Shown piece by piece: positions 1-9,747 of a stretch of 64,000 bases of DNA; the stretch's first letter is position 1, and each line of letters starts with the position of its first letter. The notes under the pieces are model-generated. The model saw nothing but the letters and a program-made list of their open reading frames with translations. It had not been told where the DNA came from and did not search any database. The position numbers were made by a program, and so were the translations under genes. The DNA is from Dokdonella sp. (GTDB lineage Bacteria > Pseudomonadota > Gammaproteobacteria > Xanthomonadales > Rhodanobacteraceae): assembly GCF_019634775.1 (NCBI RefSeq), contig NZ_JAHCAS010000001.1, forward strand, positions 1,616,894 to 1,680,893, given 5' to 3'.

Positions 1-637
1 GACCGCGATCCATGCCGGTATCGAGCACCGCCACCTTGATGTTGAGGCCGCTGCGGGCGCTCTGCGGCACCCGGCAGGCGCGCAGCCCCCAGGTGGCGCC
101 GAGAACCTCGGCGTCGACTTCGTCGGATTCGACGCCTTCCGTGGAACCCTCGCCGAGATCGCGTGCGATCGTGCCGGCGGCGCTGAGGAAGCCGCGCAGG
201 TACTCGCTGCCTTCGGCGAAGACGAAGTATTCGGGCTCGACGATCTCGATCGGCTCCGCGTCCGAATCCGCCTCGGCGCGGGTGGCGAGACCGCTGGTCT
301 CGAGCGCCTCGCCGCCGACGAGGGCGACGCCGATTTCGGGGAACACGAGCGCGTCGGCATCGCCCGTGTCCTCGGCGGACACCGACTGCCCCTTGAAATC
401 GCGGGCGTCGGCGACGCGCAGGCTGCGGCTGCCGAATGCCTTGATGCCGGCGTCGAGGGCGCCCTCGCGGAAGGTGACGAGATAGCGGCCGGTTTCGTTG
501 GCGTCGCCGCCGCGCTCGAGCGCGGCGAGCAGGAGTTCGTCGATGCCGGATGCCAGCGATGCGCGCGGTGTTTCCGCCTGCAGCGTCTTGCGGGCGCTGC
601 CGCGCGAGGTTTTTCGCGTTGTCTTTCGTGTGGCCAT
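1..637 (-). CDS. S8 (subtilisin-like) serine peptidase, N-terminal ~212 codons; CDS continues beyond the left edge
   Basis: Absent from the ORF track because there is no stop in the window. My reverse-strand translation from ATG 637-635 (AGGAAG 7 nt upstream; alternative ATG at 643) is stop-free down to position 2. It reads MATRKTTRKTSRGS...GLNIKVAVLDTGMDRG. VAVLDTG matches the catalytic-Asp motif of subtilases. Third codon positions are almost all G/C. Confidence 0.6.
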   Translation of the reverse strand, partial: MATRKTTRKTSRGSARKTLQAETPRASLASGIDELLLAALERGGDANETGRYLVTFREGALDAGIKAFGSRSLRVADARDFKGQSVSAEDTGDADALVFPEIGVALVGGEALETSGLATRAEADSDAEPIEIVEPEYFVFAEGSEYLRGFLSAAGTIARDLGEGSTEGVESDEVDAEVLGATWGLRACRVPQSARSGLNIKVAVLDTGMDRG

Positions 638-858
638 GTTCATTCTTCCTGAATGAGTGGAGGAGTCACTGCGCGGCGTCGCGAAGGACGCGGTTCGGGC
701 GCAGCGAGAGGGCTTTGATGCCCTCTCGAACATGCATACGGAGGAACGATCGGATTTCTGCCACGGAGCGAGCGTGTGCCGCCGCGCGTGCCGTCGGCGA
801 TCGCGTGCGCGGGGGGGCGAGGCGACGCGGGCATCCCCGCGGCTGCGGTGACGTCGCG

Positions 859-3800
859 TCAGCGCTCGTAGCGGTAGTTGATGCCGGCGCGGCTGCCGGT
901 GGTGGCGTTCTGTGCCTCGAAGTTCCAGCGTCGGTGGAACAGGTAGCGCAGGGTGACGACTTCGCCGGGTTCGAAGATGCCGACGCCGTAGCTGAGGTAC
1001 AGCTTCGGCGAGAGGTATTTGCCGACCGTGAACGCGGCACCGCCGAGTGCGGCGTTGTCGGAGACGCCGATGTCGTCGACGCCGAGCCGGCCGCCGATGC
1101 TCTTGGCGAGCAGGTCGCCGCCGGCCGTGCCGAGTGCGCGCGCGGCGGTACCGAGCATGTCGCCTTCGCCGCTCTTGAGCGCGCTCAGCGGCTTGCCGGT
1201 GACGAGATAGGCCAGCGCGTCCGACTGTTCCATCGCGGGATCGGCGTACACGGTGAGGACCGGCAGCCGCGCGGTGCCGCGCACGAGCAGGCCGGCGCTG
1301 ACCTGGTCGGCTTCGATCCTGCGCGAAGCGCGGATGTCGAGGCCGGGGTTGTCGATCGGCGTGCCGGCGAACAGGATGCGCCCGGTTTCGATGCCGAGAT
1401 TCTGGCCGTAGGCCTTGTAGGTGCCGCTGACGTCGAGTGTGCCGGTACCGGTCGTGGCACGGCCGGGTCGCTCGTTGACGACCAGCCGGCCGTCGAGCTT
1501 GCCGTCGAAACCGAAGCCGGCCAGTTTGACGTCATCGCCGAGCACGACGGTGACGCTGGCCGTGATGGGCGGCCGCTTGCCGGCCTGCTCGCGCTGGGCG
1601 TCGACGATGACGACATCGGCCGAGGTCGACGCTGCGCCGCCACCGGGAAGTTTGGCCAGATCGACCCTGGCCGAAGGCACGCCGACCTTGCCATCGACGA
1701 CGAAGCCGCCGGCACCACGTTCGATGGCGAGATCAGGATTGATGAGGACGCGCGCGGCCGGGATGTCGGCGGCGAGGATGTTCTCGCCCTTGATCCTGAG
1801 CTTCATCGGCGCGTCGGCGGCGAGGCCGCCCTCGCCGTCGAATGAAAGTCGACCCTCGCCCGAGGTGATACCGCCTTCGAGGACGAACCGCTGTGCGTCG
1901 ACCGCGCGCAGGTCGATGTGGCCATCGTGCAGCCTGAGCCCGGCCGCTGGCACCTCGGTGGCGAAGTCCTCGAGTGTGAACGCACCGCGCAGCTCAGGTT
2001 CGGCGCTGTTGCCGCCGATGCGGTAACTGGCGACGAGGCGACCTTGCGGATTGGCCACTTCGGAAGTCAGCAGTTCGATGAAGGCGAGGCGCTTGAGGAC
2101 GAGTTCGATCTCGCCATCGAGCGCCTGCGGCGCGCCGGCTGCGCCGGACAGTGCGACACGGCCGTCGAGACGGCCGTCGTGGTCGAACGTGGCATGCAGG
2201 GTGGCCGTGGTCGATTGCGGGCCGAATCGCGCGTCGGCGACGAAGCCCGTATAGCTGAGCAAGGCGTCGTTGTTGCCTTCGTGGTGCAAGCTGCCTTCGG
2301 CCGAAGCGAGGGTCGCCGTGCCGGTCAGGGTGCCGTTGGCATCGCGCACGATGTGGCCCGCGCCGCCGAGCATGCCGCGCAGGCGCACCGGCGCATCGGG
2401 CGCGGCCAGGCGCATGAACAGGCGCAGCGGCAGGTGTTCAAGCGAATAGCGCGCGTCGAGGCGACCATCGGCGAAACCTTCGCCGCCGATGCACAGGCGC
2501 GCCGGCTCGCGTTCCACCGTTGCTTCGCGCGCGACGGCGTCAGCGTCAGCGCCGCTGGTCCTGGTCGGTGCGGTGTTCGCGCGGCGCGCGAGCGTGCCGA
2601 CCAGGCAGCGTTGCTCGGCGCCGAAACGCGTGCCATCCCAAGTCAGTGCCATCGGCGCGTCGAGGGCGAAGTCGGGCAGGGTGCGCTGGCGTGGATCGAG
2701 CTCGAGCGATTTCAGGCTGCCGTTCCAGCGGCCATCGCGTGCGCTGCCGGCGAGGCTCAGGCGCAGCGAGGCCGGCGTGCCGACGGCGTCGACAGCGAGT
2801 TCGTGCGCACCCTCGTTGCCATTCGCCTCGATGGCGACGGAATCGAATCGGGCCGTGCCCTGGTTCACGCCGTTCGCCTTCAGCGTGAGCGCGCCGGCGG
2901 GCTTTTCGAGGTTACTCAGGTTGACGACGAGATCGAGCGAGCTCACGCGCAGGTCGCCATGGGTGAGATCGCGCGCCTGCGCATTCGCCTCGACATCGAG
3001 CGCTGGCCAGCGTCCGTGCAGGCGCAGCCTGCCGTCGGCACGACCTCCGGCATCGGGCAGCCAGTCGCCGAGCGTGGCAACGGCGAAGCGTGCATCGACG
3101 TCGGTGGCATCACCGTCGCGGCCTCGCAGGTTCAGCGTGCTGCCGCCCGCAGCGAGGTCGAGCGTGCCGTCGACGATGTAGCCGGGCTTGATGGCGAGAT
3201 CGGCCTTGCCCGATACGCGCCGTTCGCGCAGCGTGCCGGCGAGGCGCTCGATGGCAAGCGTCGCTTCGATGCCGTGGTCGACGAGCCTGCCCCGCGTGGT
3301 GACATCGAAGTCGAGTGCACCGGGCCAGCCGGCGGCGAACGCGCCCGGATCGAGGGCCTTGGCCTGTGCCGCGATCTGCCAGCCGATGGTCGGTGCGAGC
3401 ATGACCGTGCCAGTTGCATCGAGGCCGCCCTTCGGTTGCACCAGGGCCAGCGTTTCCAGTGCGATCCGCTCAGGCGTGCCGCTCAGCTTGAGGCGCAGGT
3501 CTGCGGGTTGACCGGGTGGGCCGATCGTCAGGGTGCCGTCGGCGGCGTAGTGAGCGGCGCTGCCGGAGACGTCCAGCGTACCGTGCGTGGCCAATGCCTG
3601 GCCGACGAGGTCGGCCGGCAGTTCGACGCCTTGCCAGGCGAGCGTGAGCATGGCGCGCGGCGGTGTCTCGTCGAGATGCACCTCGCCGTGCGCATCGAGC
3701 GAACCGCCCGCATCGGGCGAGCGCAGGGTCAGCGCCTCGATCGTCAGCAGCTCATCGGCGAGCGCAAAGCGCAGTGGATCGATGGCGATCTTGTGCGCAT

Positions 3801-4680
3801 CGAGCGTGACCATGCCGCCGAGCGTGCCGCGCGCGCGGTCGCCGCTGCCTTCGAGGGCGAGGGCGACCTGGGTGAGGCCGCTGTCCTTCGCAAGCACCTT
3901 CGGGTCAAACGCCGGCGCGTCGAGCTTGAGCGTCCAGGGCAGGGCATCGTCCTGGCCGAGCGTGGCGTCGAGGTTGGCCGCGAACGGCGCGGCGAGGATG
4001 AACCTGATCGATGCGCGGCGGCCATCACTCGTGGCATCCAGCGTGCCGGTGTATTCGGTCTCGCCGATACGCCAGCGGAAGCGCGTCTCGCCTGCTCCCG
4101 ACCAGCCGCCAAGCGTGGCCAGCGTGCCTTTCAGGTCGACTTCGCCATCGGCCGCGCGCAGCCGCAGGTGGTTCACGGCGATGCCGTTGCGCAGCCACGC
4201 GGCGGCGAGTTCGAGGCGGTCGGCGGTGAACACGGGTTCGCCGTCCTGGCGGATGTTCGCGCGTTGCAGGGCGAGGCGGTCGACGACGATGTCGATCGGC
4301 GCATCGAGCGAGAATGGCGGTGAAGGCTCGTCCTTCGGCGGCATCGTCGTCAGGGCCAGGTCGACGTCGTCGATCGCGAGGTCGTCGACCTGCACGCGCC
4401 AGGCGAACAGCGCACCGATGCGAAGGTCGAGCGAGACGCGGCCGATGCGCGCATCGACGCCGCTTGCCGGATCGTTCCAGCGCAGGCCTTCCAGTACCAG
4501 CGGCCCGGCCAGCGAACCGCGGTGGTGCTCGACTGAGAGCTTGCCGTCGAGCACGCCCTGCGCGCGCGCCAGCACGAAGCCCGCACCGGCCTCGCTGTTG
4601 AGCGCCCAAGCGAGCACGCCGGCGAGTACCAGCAGGAATGCCAGCAGGACGATGCCGAGCCGTTTGAGCCAGCGCTTCAC
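859..4680 (-). CDS. tamB: Translocation and assembly module subunit TamB (DUF490 family)
   Basis: Lies within the 1420-aa ORF 859..5121. The C-terminus ...GKYLSPKLYLSYGVGIFEPGEVVTLRYLFHRRWNFEAQ is a typical TamB end. The N-terminal anchor is VKRWLKRLGIVLLAFLLVLAGVLAWAL. The first 147 ORF codons are Arg/Pro-rich and overlap tamA, so I moved the start to GTG 4680-4678. That start overlaps the tamA stop as GTGA. Confidence 0.9.
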   Translation of the reverse strand: MKRWLKRLGIVLLAFLLVLAGVLAWALNSEAGAGFVLARAQGVLDGKLSVEHHRGSLAGPLVLEGLRWNDPASGVDARIGRVSLDLRIGALFAWRVQVDDLAIDDVDLALTTMPPKDEPSPPFSLDAPIDIVVDRLALQRANIRQDGEPVFTADRLELAAAWLRNGIAVNHLRLRAADGEVDLKGTLATLGGWSGAGETRFRWRIGETEYTGTLDATSDGRRASIRFILAAPFAANLDATLGQDDALPWTLKLDAPAFDPKVLAKDSGLTQVALALEGSGDRARGTLGGMVTLDAHKIAIDPLRFALADELLTIEALTLRSPDAGGSLDAHGEVHLDETPPRAMLTLAWQGVELPADLVGQALATHGTLDVSGSAAHYAADGTLTIGPPGQPADLRLKLSGTPERIALETLALVQPKGGLDATGTVMLAPTIGWQIAAQAKALDPGAFAAGWPGALDFDVTTRGRLVDHGIEATLAIERLAGTLRERRVSGKADLAIKPGYIVDGTLDLAAGGSTLNLRGRDGDATDVDARFAVATLGDWLPDAGGRADGRLRLHGRWPALDVEANAQARDLTHGDLRVSSLDLVVNLSNLEKPAGALTLKANGVNQGTARFDSVAIEANGNEGAHELAVDAVGTPASLRLSLAGSARDGRWNGSLKSLELDPRQRTLPDFALDAPMALTWDGTRFGAEQRCLVGTLARRANTAPTRTSGADADAVAREATVEREPARLCIGGEGFADGRLDARYSLEHLPLRLFMRLAAPDAPVRLRGMLGGAGHIVRDANGTLTGTATLASAEGSLHHEGNNDALLSYTGFVADARFGPQSTTATLHATFDHDGRLDGRVALSGAAGAPQALDGEIELVLKRLAFIELLTSEVANPQGRLVASYRIGGNSAEPELRGAFTLEDFATEVPAAGLRLHDGHIDLRAVDAQRFVLEGGITSGEGRLSFDGEGGLAADAPMKLRIKGENILAADIPAARVLINPDLAIERGAGGFVVDGKVGVPSARVDLAKLPGGGAASTSADVVIVDAQREQAGKRPPITASVTVVLGDDVKLAGFGFDGKLDGRLVVNERPGRATTGTGTLDVSGTYKAYGQNLGIETGRILFAGTPIDNPGLDIRASRRIEADQVSAGLLVRGTARLPVLTVYADPAMEQSDALAYLVTGKPLSALKSGEGDMLGTAARALGTAGGDLLAKSIGGRLGVDDIGVSDNAALGGAAFTVGKYLSPKLYLSYGVGIFEPGEVVTLRYLFHRRWNFEAQNATTGSRAGINYRYER

Positions 4681-6443
4681 AGGTCCGGTCCGATGATGAC
4701 GTGGAGTTCGACGCCGCTGGCGTATTTGTCGCCGATCGGCGTGCCGAGGTCGACGCGCACCAGGCCGACCGGCGAACGCCAGCGCAGGCCCAGGCCGGCG
4801 CCGAGCTTGAGGTCGAAGTGGCTGCCGGTGAAGGCGTCGCCGGCATCGACGAAGGCCGCCGCGCCCCAGTTCGGGCTGAAGTAGTGCTCGTATTCGGCAC
4901 TGGCGACGGCGAGCTGCTCGCCGCCGATGACCTGCGGATCGTCGCGGCCCGGCACCGGCTCGCGCGGACCGATGGTTTGGAACGAGTAGCCGCGGATCGA
5001 GCGGTCGCCGCCGGCGAAGAAGCGCAGTTCCGGCGGCAGCTTGGCGAAGGTGTCGACCTTCGTGTAGCCAAGCGCGCCGCGCGTGATGAATCTGCCATGG
5101 TCGCCGAGACCACGGATCCATTTCGCATCAGCGGTGACCTGGGCAAAGCTCGTGTCCGACAGTAGGCCATCCTGGCCGGCGCGCGCGGCCAGTGTCAGCG
5201 ACCAGCCGCGGCGCGGGAAATTCGGATCGTCAGCGCGCTTCTTCGTCAGCGACATTTCCGGATAAAGCAGGGTGGTATTGCCCTTCTGGTCGGCGACCTT
5301 GAAGTCGCCGGTCAGGAACTGCAGCCCGAGCGTGCGCGTCCAGCCGTGCCAGATGCGCGAATCGGTCGCGGCCAGACGCAGGGTCTTCGACTGGCTGGTG
5401 TCCGTGTTCTCGTCACGATAGGCGATGCCGAAGTTGAGGCTGTGGTTGTCCCGTCCCGGCAGCGGGATCTGGTACAGCGTGGAAAGGGTCTGCAGGCGCT
5501 GGGCGAGGATCGTCTCGAACTTGAGCTTGTGTCCGCGCTTGTTGACCCAGCGTCGTTCAACGCCGCCACGCACGCCGGGGCCGGTGTCGGTGCCGACGAA
5601 CAGGCCGCCGGTGTAGACCGTGCGCTTGGCCGGCGCCAGCATGACCGTGATCGGCACGTGGCCGTCGGCGGCTTTTTCGGTATCCGGCGAAACCTGCGCG
5701 ATCGAGAAATAGTTGGCATCGACCAGGCGCTGCTGCAGGGCGAGCAGGGCGTCTTGCGAGTAGTAGTCGCTGGCGTCCCAGGGAATGTAGCGTTCGAGGA
5801 AACGATCCGGGAACTGCGCGCCCTCGAAATGCGTGTCGCCGAAGCGATAGCGCTCGCCGGCTTGCCATTCAAGCCTGATCGTCGCGCTGTTCTCGGCGCG
5901 CGTGACCTCGACACGATGTCCGGTGAGCCTTGCATCGAGGAAACCGGCACCGAACAGCGCGGCGTGGATCGCCGCCTTGCTGCGTTCGTAGGCGGCGTGG
6001 TCGAGGCGTTCGCCCGTGTAGGGGACGAACGTCGAGCGGGCCATGTCGATTGCGCGGATGCCCTCGACTGCGCCGACGATGCGGATGTCGAGTTCGCCGA
6101 TCGTGACCGGCGGGCCGATCGCCAGCTTCAGTGCGGCGACGAAGTCGTTGCCGTCCTGGCGCAGTTCGCCCTCGACCTTGGCGTTGTAATAGCCGTAAGG
6201 TTCGAGTGCGGCCTGGATCTGGCGCTCGGCGCGCCGGTAGAGGCGTCGTGCCTGCGCCGGGCTGATCTCACGTTCGGCGTACTGCTGCACCTCCAGAGCA
6301 GCCAGCACGGCCGTGCGCAACTCGCCATCGATGCCCTCCAGTTCGACGCGGATGCGCGCAGCCTCGGCTGTCGCCGCAACGAGCAGAGCGGACACGGCGA
6401 GCAGCAGGCGGAGGGGCGTGCGCAAACGGGACGACTTCATCAT
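4677..6443 (-). CDS. tamA: Outer-membrane Omp85-family protein TamA
   Basis: 588 aa with an ATG start and signal peptide MMKSSRLRTPLRLLLAVSALLVAATAEA. It has a POTRA-like N-terminal third and a surface-antigen beta-barrel C-terminus (..FFAGGDRSIRGYSFQTIGP..GLGLRWRSPVGLVRVDLG). It sits directly upstream of tamB and is translationally coupled to it. Confidence 0.9.
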   Translation of the reverse strand: MMKSSRLRTPLRLLLAVSALLVAATAEAARIRVELEGIDGELRTAVLAALEVQQYAEREISPAQARRLYRRAERQIQAALEPYGYYNAKVEGELRQDGNDFVAALKLAIGPPVTIGELDIRIVGAVEGIRAIDMARSTFVPYTGERLDHAAYERSKAAIHAALFGAGFLDARLTGHRVEVTRAENSATIRLEWQAGERYRFGDTHFEGAQFPDRFLERYIPWDASDYYSQDALLALQQRLVDANYFSIAQVSPDTEKAADGHVPITVMLAPAKRTVYTGGLFVGTDTGPGVRGGVERRWVNKRGHKLKFETILAQRLQTLSTLYQIPLPGRDNHSLNFGIAYRDENTDTSQSKTLRLAATDSRIWHGWTRTLGLQFLTGDFKVADQKGNTTLLYPEMSLTKKRADDPNFPRRGWSLTLAARAGQDGLLSDTSFAQVTADAKWIRGLGDHGRFITRGALGYTKVDTFAKLPPELRFFAGGDRSIRGYSFQTIGPREPVPGRDDPQVIGGEQLAVASAEYEHYFSPNWGAAAFVDAGDAFTGSHFDLKLGAGLGLRWRSPVGLVRVDLGTPIGDKYASGVELHVIIGPDL

Positions 6444-6548
6444 CGAACGCGGGCAGGGGAGGCGGGTTTATAGCAGGAGCGACCTTGCCGGGATGTTGTC
6501 GTGACGTTTTTTGTCGAGGCAAGAGCCGCGTGCGCGGCCACACGAATC

Positions 6549-6908
6549 CGCAGGAGCGCAGCGTGCGCGCGATCGAACCATCACGACCGTCCATCGCGCA
6601 CAGGGTGCGCTCCTGCGAAAGAACGGCAACGCGCGCTTTGCCTTGCTTCGGCTCCTGCTCCCCGGGCCCCCTGCGGAAGCGCCGATGCCGGGGTGTCCTT
6701 TCCTTTGCTTGCTTTCCTTGACTCCGCGCATCCTGCGCTCCGCCCTTTCGGGGCCGGCTTCGCCGTTCGCGCCGCTCCTGCGGCGCAGTGGACAAGCAAA
6801 GGAAAGCAACGCGCTTGCCGCCGAGGCGAGCGGAACACCGAGAAAATATCGCCAAGAGAAAGCGAAGAGCCAAAGCCAGGAGCTGGATGCCGGCCTTCGC
6901 CGGCATGA
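6549..6908. repeat. Cluster of REP/MITE-like palindromic elements in the tamA / ndvB-like intergenic region
   Basis: Three palindromic elements are present. CGCAGGAGCGC (6549-6559) pairs with GCGCTCCTGCG (6607-6617). CTTTCCTTTGCTTG (6698-6711) pairs with CAAGCAAAGGAAAG (6793-6806). GCCGGC-cttc-GCCGGC lies at 6889-6904. The ORFs here are low-complexity and no plausible CDS is visible. Confidence 0.6.
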
Positions 6909-6958
6909 CGCGACGAGGGGTGCTGCCGAATCAGAATCGTTACCACGCGCATGCGTAC

Positions 6959-9598
6959 TCACCCCACCGAATCGCCCGATCGGTGCGCCACCCAGGCGCC
7001 GATCAGGGCCGAAACGTAGGGAATCGCCTGGGCGGCGAGGATGCCGACCCAGAGCTTGCCTTCGGTGTACTGGATGCCAGTCGAGTGGATCATGCCGATG
7101 ATGCAGCCGGCCAGCGCGACCGCCATCAGCAGTTCCTCGCGCACCGACGAGAACGCGCTCGGCTTGCCGCTCAGACGCCGGCTCTTGGCCGTGCGCACGA
7201 ACTCGCCCTTCTTCTTCCAGAGGCCGAGGAAGATGCCGCGCGCGATGGCGTGCGACAGCCCCATGCTGGCGATCGAGGCCATGATCGTGTCGTACCAGCC
7301 GCAAGGCACGCGCTTGCGGTACAGCACGATGCCGAACACGGCCTTGCTGACGAAGAATCCGATGACCGGGATCAGGAACAGCTCCATCGGCAGGGTGAAC
7401 AGGGTCGGCCAGCCGACCATGCCGATCGTCCAGGCGATGGCCATCATCGTGAACACCAGGTGCAGCGCGTCCGCAAACCAGGAGAACCAGCCGGTCAGGA
7501 AGTGGAACTTCTGGCCGCGGCTGAGCGGGCTGTCCTTGCGCGTCATCCAGCCGAAGCGCGCCTTCATGATCTGCATCGCGCCGAAGGCCCAGCGATAGCG
7601 CTGTGACTTGTAGGCAGTGAAGTCGGCCGGGGTGAGACCCTTGCCCATCAGCTCGTCGACGTAGACGAGTTCATAACCCTGGTGCATCAGGCGCAGGCCG
7701 AGTTCGGCGTCCTCGCAGATCGTCCATTCCGACCACGCACCGGTGTCGACCAGCATGTGCCTGCGCACCATCGTCATCGTACCGTGCTGGATGATCGCGT
7801 TGCGTTCGTTGCGATGGTGCATGCCGATGCGGAAGAAGCCGTCGTACTCCCAGGCGGTCATGCGGCGGAAGCGGTTGTGCTCGAAGTCACGGTGCGCCTG
7901 CGGACACTGCACGACCGCGACCTTCGGGTCGGCGAAATACCCGGTCAGTGCGCCGAGCCAGTCCTTGCGTACCACGTAGTCGGCGTCGATCACGGCGACG
8001 ATTTCGGCGCGCGGGTCGGTCTGTTCGAGGCCGAAATTGAGCGCTCCGGCCTTGAAGCCGGGCCAGGGATCGAGGTGGAAGAAGCGGAAGCGCGGTCCGA
8101 GTTTCGCGCAGTATTCCTCGACCGGGCGCCACACATCCTCGCGCTTGGTGTTGTTGTCGATGACGAGAACCTCGAAGTTCGCGTAGTCGAGCGCGGCCAG
8201 CGAGTCGAGGGTCAGGATCACCATCTCCGGCGGCTCGTTGCAGCAGGCCAGGTGGATTGACACGAACGGCTGCGCTTCGGGCGGCGACGGTTCGAGCAGC
8301 CCGGCGTGTCTGATCCAGCGCGGCCGCCACAGCACTTCGGTGAATTCGAAGCCGTTGATCAGCAGGACGAGGATGATCGCGATCTGTGCCGGAAACAGCA
8401 GCAGCAGCATCGACCAGTCCAGTGGGCTGAGATAGAACGCCAGCGGCAGGCTGATCGACCACACGATGACCGAGGCCGAGAGCTGGATCAGGCCGAGGAA
8501 GAACACCAGGCCGGTCGCGTAGAAGCGGATGAAGTGGCGCGCGAACCAGAACATCGGCAACAGCGCGAGCAGGCAGGCGGCGATCGCCTTGATCTTCCAG
8601 GTCGGATCCTCGACGACCTTGCCGGTGAAGGAGAACTTCGGTTCGCGTGCGGCGTTGAACACGCCCCAGTAGGCCTCGGCGCGTCCGCCGCCGTGCGACT
8701 CCTTCCACGGCTGGTCGATCGCTTCCATCACGTAGTAGTCGATGCGCTCGCGCGCGGCGACGTTGAACCATTCGCGCAGGAACTGGGCCTCGTTCTCGAC
8801 TGACGGCTGCGCATAGGTCTTGCGGTCGCCGTTCGACGGCCAGCCGATTTCGCCGATCACGACCGGCTTGTCGGGGAACAGTTCCTTCAAGCGCTTGTAT
8901 TGGCCGAGGGTGAAGTTGATCGCGTCCTTGCGCGGGATGTGTTCCCAGTACGGCAGCAGGTGCACGCTGATGAAGTCGACGTGGCGGGCGAGCTCGGGAT
9001 TGCGCTCCCACACGAAGAATGGCTCGGCGGTCGACACCGGGATGTCGAGCTGCGCGCGCGCGCGGTCGATGTAGGCGATCAACTGTTCGACCGAAAGGTC
9101 GCCGCGCAGGATGGACTCGTTGCCGACCATCGCGCGGGTGATGTTGGCGTGTTTTCGCGACAGCGCGATCAGGCCCTCGATCTCCTCGTCGTTCTTCTGC
9201 AGGCGGCGGTCGAGCCAGGCGCCGGACATGACCTCCATGCCGTAGAAGTCGGCGATGCGCGGGATCTGCGGACTTTCGATCGACGAGTAGGTGCGCAGGC
9301 GCTTGGCATGCCTGGCCATCAAGCGGATGTCCGCGGCGAGTTCGCTCTCGCTCGGGAACAGGCCCTTGGTCGGATCCTGGTTGCGCTGGAACGCGCTGAA
9401 CGCGAAGCCCTCGACGCGGCCGGTCCAGTCGGCGATCTGCACGGGCCGGTTGAGGAAGGCCCACAGACCGTAGTTGAGTGCGGCGATCGCAAACGCGAAC
9501 AGCAGCGCACGCCAGGTCGATTTCGCGGAGGGATCGGCGGTCTTGCTGCTCAACGGAAACGCGCTGCGGTCGCAACCGCGGATGCGGCGCGGCAGCAT
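6959..9598 (-). CDS. ndvB: Bifunctional GH17 glucanase/transglycosylase - GT2 glycosyltransferase (NdvB-like beta-1,3-glucan synthase)
   Basis: 879 aa with an ATG at 9598. The N-terminal half has GH17-type Glu motifs (AMVGNESIL; VVIGEIGWPSNGD). The C-terminal half is a membrane GT2 (VSIHLACCNEPPEMV, VLVIDNN, AVIDADYV, QCPQAH, QRYRWAFG = QxxRW). As I recall, Pseudomonas aeruginosa NdvB has the same domain order and size. Confidence 0.75.
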   Translation of the reverse strand: MLPRRIRGCDRSAFPLSSKTADPSAKSTWRALLFAFAIAALNYGLWAFLNRPVQIADWTGRVEGFAFSAFQRNQDPTKGLFPSESELAADIRLMARHAKRLRTYSSIESPQIPRIADFYGMEVMSGAWLDRRLQKNDEEIEGLIALSRKHANITRAMVGNESILRGDLSVEQLIAYIDRARAQLDIPVSTAEPFFVWERNPELARHVDFISVHLLPYWEHIPRKDAINFTLGQYKRLKELFPDKPVVIGEIGWPSNGDRKTYAQPSVENEAQFLREWFNVAARERIDYYVMEAIDQPWKESHGGGRAEAYWGVFNAAREPKFSFTGKVVEDPTWKIKAIAACLLALLPMFWFARHFIRFYATGLVFFLGLIQLSASVIVWSISLPLAFYLSPLDWSMLLLLFPAQIAIILVLLINGFEFTEVLWRPRWIRHAGLLEPSPPEAQPFVSIHLACCNEPPEMVILTLDSLAALDYANFEVLVIDNNTKREDVWRPVEEYCAKLGPRFRFFHLDPWPGFKAGALNFGLEQTDPRAEIVAVIDADYVVRKDWLGALTGYFADPKVAVVQCPQAHRDFEHNRFRRMTAWEYDGFFRIGMHHRNERNAIIQHGTMTMVRRHMLVDTGAWSEWTICEDAELGLRLMHQGYELVYVDELMGKGLTPADFTAYKSQRYRWAFGAMQIMKARFGWMTRKDSPLSRGQKFHFLTGWFSWFADALHLVFTMMAIAWTIGMVGWPTLFTLPMELFLIPVIGFFVSKAVFGIVLYRKRVPCGWYDTIMASIASMGLSHAIARGIFLGLWKKKGEFVRTAKSRRLSGKPSAFSSVREELLMAVALAGCIIGMIHSTGIQYTEGKLWVGILAAQAIPYVSALIGAWVAHRSGDSVG

Positions 9599-9747
9599 AG
9601 CCGAAGCGTGCGCGGTCGCTCAATTCGCCCCCGGTTTGCGGAAAGTAGGCATCCGGGCGATGATGCGCGACCCTGCGTGCCCGCCACGCGTGAACACGAT
9701 TGTGGCCGCGCTGCGGTGGCCCGGCCGGGCGGTCCCTGGCTGCGAAC

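Noticed and set aside
550-4323. Long + strand ORFs 550..1845 (431 aa) and 1918..4323 (801 aa).
   Set aside because: They are antisense to tamB, whose product is recognisable end to end. Their translations are Ala/Arg/Gly/Asp-rich low-complexity strings with no motifs, which is a typical high-GC shadow ORF.
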